DNA of 64,000 nt, from assembly GCA_011109175.1 (NCBI GenBank), contig RDEW01000007.1, positions 1,560,236 through 1,624,235 of the forward strand, read 5' to 3'. A program made the translations under genes and the position numbers. Below the pieces are notes generated by a model. That model worked only from the letters and a program-made list of their open reading frames with translations. It was not told where the DNA came from and made no database searches. Positions 39,353-51,460 of the stretch are shown piece by piece (positions within the stretch are counted from its first letter, which is position 1; each line of letters starts with the position of its first letter). The DNA comes from Dicyema japonicum (lineage: Eukaryota; Animalia; Dicyemida).

Positions 39353-41251
39353 ATGGATTCAATACTGAATGATAATGAATTATCTGAACTAACAAGTGTG
39401 CCCACTTATGTTCTATTTGACGATGCTAATCAAATATTAACTGATTTTGTTACAAAAGTTAATGAATTAGACTCTGAGACAATTGTAATTATGTTAACTC
39501 TATTTTAGCTAAACGACCAGCTAAAACTAGACTTGTTCTCGAAAATATCTAATTTAATGAACATCAGCAGAAAATTAAATATCTACACATGTCATACTAA
39601 GACGCATGTGGCTGAAGTAATATTAAAATGATTAGTAGACTCGGAGTGTTGTCGATGACAGAATATTGGGGTATGAGAATATGTCATATGAAATATATCA
39701 TTTGGAGAGACAGATTGACGACTGTCTTAACTTTCAGTATTATTCATTGTTATAAAGGTGTAATATCGATGATCTCAACCTGGAGGACTACAATGATGCC
39801 GGAGATGAGGTTGTCTGTTATTATAGCCAGATTATTGACCAACACTCCCTTACTGTTAACAAACTCAAATATGAAATTAAAAGAAGACTTGGGTTTCCTT
39901 TCGTCTTTACTTTCAGTCTAAAAGAACAGGTTAAGAGACTCGAGTCTGAGAAGGCTGAGATTGTTGAGTCCATAAAGTCCACCAAATTTAAGATGGAGGC
40001 TCTCACTGCTGCTATCCCCAAATATTTGCAGTCTCTGAGTATTCTTGACACCCATTTGGGCCCCCTTGCCCCGACTATATCTCTGGAGACATCACATGTT
40101 CATTTGTCTCCCCTTTTGTATAGTCTGTACTACAATCTGAGCTGCCAAACACAAAGGAGTCAAAGTTGTAATTTTTTTTATTTTCAGACTTTTCCACAAA
40201 AATTGAGTCATCAAGGTCGATATGTGAGCAATCAGGGACGTCGATTGATCTTCTGTCAATAATCCAGCCATATTGTGTTGTTCTCTCTGTTGCTATTGGT
40301 CTGAATTGTGATTTACTCAGATCAATTTGTCGTAAATTTAGTTTTCTGGGCTCTAAAGTCCTTGGATTTGATTGGAACCAAGGTGTGCTTGACGTTCAAT
40401 GGAGTTATTTGTGATAAGTACCATTGTGTGTGACCTTTAGTTTGTTTGATCCTCGCAATTTATTCGATAATATTATTGAAGGTGATTGTGGTGATTTGCC
40501 TACTGATTCTGTCCTCTATAGGGAGTTGATGAAGTATTTCTTTTATTGTTTGGCAGTATTAAATTTAGTGGGGGATTTGATGAATTATACAAGTCATTGG
40601 GGAGATATTATGCGTGGGGTCTCTGGCTGGCCAATTCTACTTGTCTGTTTAGTGACTCGCACCAACTTGCTAAGACTCGGAATTCATTCAAATCAACGGT
40701 TGCTGAGACTGTTCTGTCGGAGATATCGTCACGACTTTATCATAGAATTGCTTTAAATTCATTCATTATTCGAGTCAATGAAAATCCTAACATTCTTAAT
40801 ATTGTCCCCAATGCTGGCGTAATGATCACTTCAATTGGATGTAATGAGTTTGCTGAGAAGACTGGTTTGTTCGATGCCCATATCTGCTTTAAGATTGAAG
40901 TATCTTTTGAGAAAAGTTGTTGATGTTAAATGTTGTAGCCTCGTTTGTGTGCTATTCTGATGTTCCATTTGATTACTCCAACTCTCCCTGTGGATTCTTT
41001 GTGACTGAACAGAATCTGTTAAGTTTTTCCACAGCCAGGGTGGCAGTATTTGTGATTAAAGGCTATTTCTGCTGATGTGAGTGTGGGGGTTGTGAATGAG
41101 TCTGAATCATCTCTGATCTTTGAGACTCAGCTCTGTTGTCTTATTTCGTATTTATCAAATGCTGTGAAGAACAGAAAAACTGGAATAGTCGAGTCTGTCT
41201 ATTTATTATTATTATAGTTGGAGAGATAGAGTAACTCCCTTTAGAGGATGA
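39353..41251 (+). CDS. THOC5: THO complex subunit 5 (FMIP), multi-exon
   Basis: VVDDRILGYENMSYEIYHLERQIDDCLNF, DQHSLTVNKLKYEIKRRL, HLSPLLYSLY and terminal WRDRVTPF match the THOC5 motif order. Confidence 0.85.
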
Positions 41252-41522
41252 AAATTGTTACATTAATTTGTGGTATTCTGTCATTTTTATAACAAAAAAT
41301 GTCAAGTTGGTTTAATTAAGTGAATAGTCCTAATGTAAGCTTTAATAGAGCAATTTTTTGTGAAATAGAATGAACATATTAATACGTGACATGGCTATTT
41401 TGCGGTTGGTGGAGCACATTCCTATCACGTGCCATAAATATATTCTCACTATGTCATTAAACACTTGATTTAATAAAACAATTTAACGCTTGAGTAAACG
41501 AAAATATGATGTTAAGTTAGGT

Positions 41523-42530
41523 TTATTCGAGGTCGCTGTAGGACAATAATTGGGATAATTCACATTCAAACTTTTCAGCAGTATATCTCCTCTCTGGACT
41601 AGGATCCAACAGACATTTTATATGGCCTTCAACCTCATCACTTGAAAATATGGTGTTTTCCACCACATTGGGCCATCGTGGAAGGTTCCCAGTTAGTAGG
41701 GCGAATCTATAGTAATAGGCATGAGAACTACAGGACACAACCGAGTGACCACATGTCTACTGGATATGAATATCCTTTTTGCTCTATTATTTCCGGGGCT
41801 ATATAATCCTTGGTTCCACAGAGCGAGCTTAACTTGATATGAATGAGTACTATCTTCTCCTTGTTCTAGTCATTTTTACAGCAATTCCAAAGTCAGTGAT
41901 CTTGGCTGAGCCTTCCTTGGTCAAGACAATGTTGGCAAGTTTTATGTCTCTGTGGAGTATAAAGTTCGTATGAATGTAGCTAAGTCCTCTGACCACATCC
42001 AATGCGATGTTTAAAGCCTCTTCAGGCAATAACTTTATTTTAACGTTTAATAAGTCCAGGAGGGACTAAATATTAGGAACGAGTCCAACCCCCCCGGGAC
42101 AAAACTCCATGCATATGTATATATTCACGCAATCTCAAAAAAGTGGCTCATATCCACAATGTTGGTATGTTTGAGACTCATGTGGACATTGATCTCGTTC
42201 GATAACTAAAAATATTATAGTTTATATACTGAATGCTTGTTATATTTGAAATTTCTCTTATCCACCACTTTGATTGCATGTTCTGTTTGTTCTTCCAAAG
42301 TCTCAAATTTATAGCAACCACTGAATGAACCCTGCAAATATACGTGAAAAACACCTTCTTAATCAAATGCATATTTTTATAAACAACTCCTCTAACGATG
42401 TCTTCTGCGAAGGGTGGACAGCAGTTCTCCCCTATTTTGATTAATACACCTCTCACTTTCGGCAACCATCTTCCTTCGCCGAGAGCGCATGAAAGTTTTT
42501 TCTTCCTGCGATGAAATTCAATATAACCAT
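41523..42530 (-). CDS. Polo-like (PLK/PLK4-like) Ser/Thr kinase, catalytic domain only, multi-exon
   Basis: [84 protein letters not shown]. Stop codon follows shortly after the C-lobe. Confidence 0.8.
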
Positions 42531-43622
42531 TAGTCATTGCGCAAACCGCAAAATACAATAAAAATGTAATTATATTAAAAATTTTCTGAAAAAGGTAATC
42601 TTTGCATTCCATGACCTCATTATAATTTTTGAATTTTTCATTCATGGAAATGTTCCTTGGACAGAACGTCACTAAAGTTTTTGCTTGGGTACTATTTCAG
42701 GAGATGAAATCATCAAGCAAGCCAACGCTGGTCTGATCCCATTTTAGATTACTTTATTCTCGTTATCTGTTAGCTTTATAAGCCAGTTTTTGAAAACTGC
42801 CGCAACTTCTGATAATCAGAGTGACATGTCTGCGTTTGAGAAATGCACTCTAAAATAATTGGCATATGCTAATAGTTTTACTATTTATCAATAATTTATT
42901 CACTTAAATATTATCACTGGATTTTTAATGCAGATTTTCTTTCGCACCCTGAATGGGAATGCCCACGCAGTTAGTACTGCGGTCCCTAATTCTAATTTTG
43001 CTTTCTGTCGTTGTCTGTGGTAAATTATTTTCTTTTGAGTATTCTCTTTGACTAACTGGGGCATTTCTTGCGTTTCTCTGAACTCACAATTTTTGACCGC
43101 ATTTCTCCTTTAAGAGACTGAAGAAATACTCGACCCTTGGAGGTCATTTTCACTTCTTCTGGTCGCCTTCGAAACCTCAGGAACGATTGGGAGAGGTGGG
43201 AGAATTGGTAAAGAAATCATCAGCGCAATCGGAGATGCGATTGCTGCAAAACTTAGAGACCTTAGCAAGTGAGATGGCTTTCACAGTGTCTGGGTGTGGC
43301 TATCGTCCGCGTTAATGGCCCGATTTCTCTTGGCATCTGGAGCATGATTTGTTATTAATGAATTCGTTGAATTGCCTTACTGAATTAGACAGGTGTTCAG
43401 TAATTAGACGAAGGAATTGATAATAAGTTGCACGTGGTTTTTCCTCATAATACTTTTGATAATTTGTTAATTGATTAATCGATTAATAAATTCATTTTAT
43501 TATCAAATTGTTCTATAATTAGAAATCTTAATTGATTTTTTTGATTAAAACATTCTGGTAAATCAAAGTGCTCTCAAAACAGCTTTGAAATAGTTTCCAT
43601 GGTGAAAATATCGCTGTGTTAA

Positions 43623-46207
43623 ATGGTTATCCCACTTTGTAAATTAATAGTCAGAATCCGTGAAAGTGTGTGTCCGCTGCAGACCCTTGAATGAACAGGA
43701 AAAGTCAAAAAATTATCAAAAGTACTAGTAATAATTTTCCTAGTATTGTCGAAATGGATTCTAAACGGGGGGCCGTGCAAGTAAATGGTCTCAATCAGAG
43801 TAAGTGTTTCACATTTGACAATATATTCGACCAAAAGTAAAATATTTACCATTTTAGTATAGTTGTCCTCAGAGCGATATTTACAATGGGGTAGTGAGGC
43901 CGATTGTGGAGTCCGTTCTTGAAGGCTATAATGGGACAATATTTGCTTATGGACAAACAGGAACAGGGAAGACATACACGATGCAAGGTTTTAAGTTAAA
44001 AATATTATCTTGGGGTAAAAACTGACCCTGAAATGAGAGGTGTCATCCCCAATTCATTCCATCATATTTTTGAGCACATTTCTGGCTCAGTAAACCGTCA
44101 ATATTTGGTTAGATGCTCTTATCTTGAGATCTACATGGTATTAAAGTACAATAATGCAGATTACAGGAAGATGTGAGAGATTTGTTATCGAATAATCAAT
44201 CCAATAGATTAGAATTAAAAGAACGACCCGATATCGGTGTTTATGTCAAAGACTTGTCAACAGTTGTCACTAAAAATGTGGAACAAGTTCAAAGGGTGAT
44301 GGACATTGGGGACAAAAATCGCAGTGTCGGGTAACTTGGTTTTCTTAATCAGATCAACCAACATGAATGAACACAGTTCCCGTTCTCATGCCATTTTCAC
44401 TGTGACCATAGAATGTTCTTCGGTTGTTCTCTAACTAATAGCAGGTTTGGGAAGATGGTGAAGAACACATCCACGTGGGAAAACTAAATATGGTCGACTT
44501 GGCGGGGAGTGAAAAGCAATCAAAGACCGGATCTACTGTTGAATCTTTGAGCTTATTTGTTTAAAGGGAGAACGGTTCATGGAATCTGTTAAAATCAATT
44601 TGTCCCTTTCTACCCTTGGAAACGTAATTTCTGCCTTGGTGGACCCAAACTCCACCCACATCCCGTATAGGGATTCTAAATTAACCAGACTTCTGCAAAG
44701 TTATCATTCATGTAATATAGACTCCCTCGGGGGAAACTCAAAGACAGTGATGATCGCCAATATAGGTCCGGCCAACTACAATTTTGAGGAGACCCTGCTT
44801 ACTTTGAGGTATTACCACTCCACTATTTAAGATATGCCAATCGGACAAAAAATATCAAAAATAAACCCCACATTAATGAAGATCCCAAGGATGCTATTTT
44901 GAGAACTTATCAGCAAGAGATCGAAAAGTTTGAATGTTGGGTAACACTAAGATTAACGACTTTATTGAATAGGAAACACCAGGGGGGTCTGTCCGGTTTA
45001 CCAGTAAGAGTAATTTCGTAGCTGATGAAGACAGTTTTCAGAACCAACAAAGAATTCTGGAGGAGGAAAAGCACAGCGTTTTGAACAACGAAATGATGCT
45101 AAAACAGGTGAATGTGGTTTTATAGGCGAATAGGAAAAGGAACGGTTGATGGCAGAAATGGAGGATAAACAGCATCATCTGCAGCAACAGGAAGAAAAAA
45201 GAGCTCAGCTAACCAAGAAGTTAGAAGTAATGTGACATTGTGATTAGCAGACCATGCAAAGCAAGTTACTTCACGGATCCTTTAATTATGTACAGCACAC
45301 TCAACTCCAACAAAATCAGTTACAGCAAAGACGAGATGAGCTTGCAAGACAGGAAGTTTGGATTATTAACTAAGTCAAGTTAAAAGAGCGGGAAATTATG
45401 AAGCAAATCAAACAGAAACAAGAAACTTCGACAGAACTCAAAGAGACATACTCAAGCTTACAGCAAGAGGCTGAAATTAAAACTAAAAAACTCAAAAAGG
45501 TCGTCTTGATGAATAATAATAGCTCATTTCTAAGTTGGAATTGGCCAAAAAGGAAATGGTTAAGCTCAAAGAGAGTCATTCCTTGGAGTTGCAAGAATTC
45601 ATGCAGGCGGAGGAAGATCTGATGAAGGACATCAAATTAAAGTCTTCAAAAGATTTACTTGAAGGAAATTGATCGTAGAAAACTTTATTCCCGCGGAAGA
45701 AGTCGAAAAAATAACACGGCTTGCCAACTGCGAAGAAGGTTGTGAAGATTGGAAATTGGATTCATTCCTCACTTCTGAGTTATTCGAATCCCTAATTCAT
45801 TTTAGTGTCCACCAGGAAATATTTCGGAGACCGTTTTATACGAAATCTATGCTTGGGGGGTTAAAAATAGAACCGAGTGGGTCAAAATCCGTAACAAAAA
45901 TTATAAAATTCAAAGGATGAGAACGTACCAATAGCCTCACTGGACATGCCGGAAAGGACAACCAAGCAATATGAGGATCCTGACGTGGCTCCCTCCATTA
46001 AGGCAGCCCTTGATGTGGCCTTGGAAGGTGAACAGGACATTGAAGTAGTAAACAGGTATTTATTGAGATAATGTCAGTACACTGATGCATCGGATAGAAG
46101 ATCAGGTCAAATGGCAAAAGCCTAAGTATCGTACTAATAATAGTAGATCTTCCAAAAGCTCTAAAAATGAAAAATATCCTACTGCGAGGGGTCTTGTCAA
46201 AAAATAG
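43623..46207 (+). CDS. KIF3B: Kinesin-II motor subunit KIF3B/KRP95-like, >15 tiny introns
   Basis: [67 protein letters not shown], coiled-coil stalk, [13 protein letters not shown] and C-terminal [10 protein letters not shown] (KIF3B-type tail). Confidence 0.95.
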
Positions 46208-46298
46208 TCACGAAATTTTAATTTTTACTAAGATTTGAGTTTCAAATTTTTAATTTCAAAATTTTATTTATTTTGGTTAAAACATAAGTTAGTTAGTT

Positions 46299-46372
46299 GC
46301 CGCCTTCACTGCGTGGCTGTTCCCTCTCAGAATTGCGATCGAAATTCGCTCAAACAGCCAGCGGCGTTCACG
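46299..46372 (+). repeat. Structured interspersed repeat family G (other copies 11455-11512 +, 42940-42985 -, 49886-49964 -)
   Basis: Shared actgcgtggct(a/g)tt..ctct..g(g/a)att...aat(c/t)c.ctca.a(t/c)agcca with compensatory changes. Confidence 0.65.
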
Positions 46373-46479
46373 GAGATCTCCAGTCATGAGGTGATCCGGT
46401 TACCAAGACATCCGAAAAACTCGAGTGTAGTTTCAAATTACTCTAGGAGTTCCTCAAGATCTTTTCCCTTATTTTGACA

Positions 46480-46745
46480 GCACTTTCACGAGAGCCATAA
46501 TACATATATCACCGCTTGTGCAGAACACGCACCTTTTTTTAGAGTCAAGAGCAGTTGTGATGATTAATCGTTTAAAGGGAGCAACGACATGCTCGTAGCT
46601 TCATTTTTCGTTCAATTCCGTCGAGTTCTTGTAGCCAATCCGGTTCTATAGTTGGGTATCTTCAACAACAACTTCACTAGTCAACCTAAGAAACATCGTA
46701 GATGCGTGGAACCTTGAGCCAGAATGGAAAAGTCTCTCAATTTTA
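46480..46745 (-). mobile_element. SINE family E copy (RTE-type tail)
   Basis: gcactttcacgagagccataata (reverse complement of the RTE 3' end) and catcgtagatgcgtggaacc are shared with 52742-53054. A tail-only copy lies at ~49330-49380. Confidence 0.8.
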
Positions 46746-46899
46746 TCCGGCTCTTATAATGCTGAGTCGTCTTTTCCTGTTATAAGGAGAATTTTGATTT
46801 GCCGTTTCTCCTCCGTTTTTTCTTTACTCAGATCAATCGGTACATCATTTCCAAACTGACAAGCCAGCTCTATCCTTGCTTGGAAAATTTGATAACTTT

Positions 46900-47600
46900 A
46901 GTAATCTAGTTGATCGACATGGTTGTTAGTAAGAGATCTTTGGTGATCGACATCAGCGATTACTACTGAATAAGGTGGTTACGCAGGGTTCACGGCTAAT
47001 TCGTCTAATTAACAATTCATCAACATCAATTCGTCTAAATCTTCATGTTTGTCTAACAACAATTCGAAAGTGCTTCACGCATAAAAAGAATAGTTGAAAA
47101 TTTTAGATTTGACAAGATAAAAGAAAATCTTACAGGAATAGCTCACGATATTTCTTTTTAAATATCTTGAATAAATGATTTAATTGGTAGGAAACATCAT
47201 TAAGAAGTGTACTCCGGTAAAATTCCTCTGAAGACACTTCCGGAGAGCAGTTGAGTCGCTGGCGGAAAATTCTAAGAGAATTCGCGAGATGTTGGAGACT
47301 GGGATCATCCAATTAGCGAGTTAACCTTCCTTCCTTGATGATCTTGGGGTTTTAAAATAAATATTAATAATGTGATATTTCAAGATAAAAAATACGACAG
47401 CCTCTCCACAAAATTATATGTACAGCCCGTTGTCTTCAAGAAAAGTGGAAGCTTCGGGCCTAAGAAAGTCTCTTTTCTAAGATCGCTTTGATCAATGATA
47501 TCGAAAGTGGGTGATGAGCGTCGGGAAGCCGAATGGCTGTTCAGAAAAATTTCGATGACAGTTTTCAAGGGAAACAGCCATTCCATCCTATCAACTGGAT
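46900..47600 (-). mobile_element. Probable CRE-like retrotransposon remnant
   Basis: Weak translated similarity only (LDDPSLQHLANSLRIFRQRLN; SKDRAGL; DGMAV); heavily decayed. Confidence 0.3.
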
Positions 47601-47847
47601 TATTTTGATTGTGTTGTTACGTAATAAGTTGTTTAATAAGCCAAAAAAGTTTCCTTAAATTTTTATTCACATTGGCAATGCTTTTCTTCACTAAGACATT
47701 TGTCGAAAGACTCAGTGATAAATAGCTACTCTCAACAAGAAGTCATTCCAAAACTATCTCTTAACAGTTGTCACGAGGCATTTGACTTTAAGTCCAATAA
47801 AATATAATTAATTAATAATAATTTAATAAATAAAATTTGAAAATATA

Positions 47848-48577
47848 ATGTCAGTACAGTGGACCTTAATAGCATTGATTTTGTATCTCCAAATAATAAT
47901 ATGCTCTATTCTTCTCATTCCAATTATTAGCCCAAAGAGGTTGTCATTATAAAACTATTAAAGGTGGAAGAATATCCTAACAAGTAAAATACTGAACACC
48001 GTCTTTTCTAAAGTGGCTTTTTATAAAGTCGTGTTTATCGCAATAAATGTGATATTACTGGCTGGTATTAAATGTATTTACAAAGATGCTATCTGGTCCA
48101 TCAGAAAGTCCAAATTTGACGAGACTGCTTCTCTGGAGTTGTCTGCTGTGGAATATGTCAAGCTTTTCCGTTCTCAGAGGAATTTGTACATTCTCATCTT
48201 TTCCATATTTCTTAATTTGTTTGATTGAGTTTAATTTTCAGTGTGATTTCCAGGCTCATCTCCACTTTGGTTGAATTTGGCAATCTTATCGTAAACCACG
48301 AGGCTTTGGTGAGTCAGGCCAAGTCGAACTCATCTGTGGGAATTATTACTAAGGTTTGTTATATACCAAAAATAATAGGATAAATCACTATCAGAGAAAG
48401 TTAAACGTGGTTGATAGTCTCATTAAGGTTTGTAGAGCTGAGGGATGAGACAGCTAATTGTGAGGCGATGAGGAAGCAGTTGGATGGACTCACTAGAGAG
48501 TTTGACAGACTTAATAATGAATTATCTGATGTCAGGGTTATTTATGATTATTATTTTAGAGACGTAATAAGGGTTAG
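47848..48577 (+). CDS. BCAP31: B-cell receptor-associated protein 31/29 family ER membrane protein, multi-exon
   Basis: MSVQWTLIALILYLQ..LLIPIISPKR/WKNI, DAIWSIRK, KLFRSQRNLYI and a C-terminal coiled coil (LTREFDRL). Confidence 0.92.
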
Positions 48578-48689
48578 ATTTTAATGGTTAAATATTTGAA
48601 TTTATGTTAGTTTATGATTTCTAGAATATATAAAATTATTTAAGGCATCTTAGACGTCAATATCCCCCTCAGCAGACCTCCAAAGGGGT

Positions 48690-48990
48690 TATTTTACGTG
48701 TTCTTCGCCTTATGCTGTACAAAATGCGAAAAGAAGTACAAAATATCAAGAAGCAGTACATTGGGCCATGCCTTTCTTACGCATACGCTTCGTAGGATCC
48801 ATTCATTTCTTGGACAAATGCCATGGAGATCGAAACTAGCCAGAAAGGGTTTTCAAAGTGAGGATTCCTCCTCAACATCACTGGAGTCACTAATCCATAT
48901 GAACCGAAGGGAGTCAGTTTGACTTTTAAAAATCTGGTTATATTACCGACACCTGATTTCGAGGGTCTGAGGGAGAAGCATCGGGCAAAT
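48690..48990 (+). mobile_element. LINE family C fragment
   Basis: KQYIGPCLSYAYAS..ISWTNAMEIE. Confidence 0.7.
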
Positions 48991-50102
48991 TACTTAGCAC
49001 ATCGTCAATTATCACACAAATAATCTACGAGTTAACAGCAAAAGACACTGGCTCGTTGTTAAGAATATTTTTTTGGGTCATAAATTTTTTTCTATAAATG
49101 TATTCACATATTTTTGTCTTAGGATATCGGTTTCGTATGTCAAAACAGAAACTTTACAGTTCTACATTAAATGCAAATAAAACCTAAAAATAGCTTAATT
49201 ATGTCAAGTTGGATTTTGCATGAATTTTTTTAACTTTTTGGGGAAACGTAGGATAGATGGTGTCAAACATCCTTAAACAAGTCTTGTGATTTTTTACTGT
49301 TCAGCATATGCAAGGGAAAGTCGGATTATTATTAGCACTTTCACGAGAGCCATAATATTTATAGCCCCATGTGCAGCAAATAATATAAGTGAGAGTTAGC
49401 TTGCTCCTAGCTTTTAGTTCTTAGCCAGATGTCGGATTCTACATTAAATTCTAGATAGAAACTCTTGCGAGTAGATAGAAAATTCGTGAGAGGCTATCAT
49501 GACAGGTTACATGAAGTTTTATATCGGATCCCCTTAGAAAATTTTCCGGGATATTTTCTACCAAGACTTAACCTATTCAGTGGCATTCTTATTTGAAAGC
49601 TGCATTAGAAAAAGTAAAATTATAACTGATCAGTGATCACATATATTTTATTTTAATTTTCGAAGAATTAAAATCAATCCGATAAAATTTTGACTTAATT
49701 GACCTAAAAATTAAATTTTTACCAAAATTGGCATTGACCCAATTTTTAGACTTTATAATATTATTTTTGACTGAAACTACATATTTGAAATTTTAAAAAA
49801 TTAGATACCTCGGAACTTTCGGAGTCTCGTTCTACGATTTCTTCGTGAAACTCGGAAACCTAATCTAATCTAGCTCAGGGGAGCTTTGTGAACGATGGTG
49901 GCTATCTGAGAGGATTTCCCCTACAATCCAGAGAGAAAATAGCCACGCAGTTATGACTGCGGCCCTCTAACTCCATTTTTTCTTGGTCAGTAAATATTCA
50001 AAAGAACATGAGAATTTTTGACTTTATTGACAAAATCGCCCTACTTTTATCAAAATAAAACTAAAATAACTCAAAACCCATTAAATTTATTAGAATCTAT
50101 AA

Positions 50103-51322
50103 TTATTTTTTTCGTTTTCTGAGAGTTCCCTTTTTAGAAGAAATATTATCTTCAGATTTAGCAGACGGAATCTCCTGTCCACCTTTATGGTGCTACAAAT
50201 CACGACCAAACCAACCCCCTTAGTTAAACACCGCCCCACAAGTGATGAGAGAGTGTAATAAACCAGAATAAGTTGACTCATCAGTAATAATGCTAGAAGA
50301 AACAACCGAAGAGAAACAAATGAAGAGACTCCCAACCCATATTTACTACAATAATATAAAAAATAACTAAATGGAGACGACAGCAAACAAAACGAACGAA
50401 GAGCAAACGGCGAATGACACAAAATACCACAAGGCACAACTAAACATTATTGATGCTACAACAAGAAGGCAGAACAAAGTCCCTTATAACGGACGTCCAA
50501 GGAGAAGCTCAAATTCCCGAGAAATTGTTCGAACCCATGAACTACCAAGAAAAGAGCTAAAACAGTAAAACAGCTTAAAATAAGACGAAACCAAACTTGT
50601 CAAGTTGAGCAATCCCAATGGTAACAATATACAAGCTCAAATATCCGACCTGTTTGAACACAAAATCCTAAAATACAAACCAACAGGACCCTTTGGACTC
50701 TGAGTAAGTAAATCATGAGAAAATGGTGCAAATAATATGAGATCTGCAAATAACAAGTGCCACCAACCTGAAGGTGGATGAACAATTTAATATAGAAATT
50801 TGTATGTAACTCCTCATCCCCTTTAACAAAGTCATAAATAACCCCCAAGTCAATATTATGACCGAATCTCTACCAATAATACTAACATAACCTGAATAAG
50901 AGAGTAAACCCCAAAACCGACGGAGGACATATAAAAGATGGTATAATGAATGGACATTGTGATTTCAAACAGTTTAGTCCTCGAGTAAGCAGTGTGACGA
51001 GTAATAAACTAGTGATATATACAAGAGGTACATTGACAATGTAATGCTGAATGTTAACACTGACGAGAACCCAACAGGAGGCATAGAATAGTATATTGGC
51101 AATATCATGAATACTATTACTAAATACTTCATTATTGGGAGTAAGAAACACAAATTTGGCACAAAATTCTTGAGCGGGCTTATATTGATAAATCAATCAT
51201 ACTGGGAACATTAAGCCTAAGATAAGGAGAGTCGGCACTGAACCGAATATGTCTTCAGCATTCTGCCGAATAAATTCATGGCTCGGAAATTTGGCGTTTT
51301 TCTTACTTGGCTTTTTGAGCAT
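50103..51322 (-). CDS. TRAM1: Translocating chain-associated membrane protein (TRAM, TLC domain), multi-exon
   Basis: MLKKPSKK..SHEFIRQNAEDI..ILGLMF, DIANILFY..IQHY, FYIKLFIHLQ/ISYYLH, FVSLRLFLL and a basic C-tail match TRAM1/2. Confidence 0.88.
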
Positions 51323-51460
51323 GCAGAACACACGTTAAAATTATTTTAAAATACACATCATTTCTATTTTAAATATTATTAATTATTTTTACTATTAAAA
51401 TATTTTTTAATATTATAATTAATATTTATTGAATCCCTGTCCTATGACACTACAGTAGAA

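Noticed and set aside
42700-43450. Additional gene or gag-like ORF1 between the kinase and kinesin (CSRCQEKSGH)
   Set aside because: The zinc knuckle is incomplete, all frames have multiple stops, and no consistent tiny-intron model could be built.
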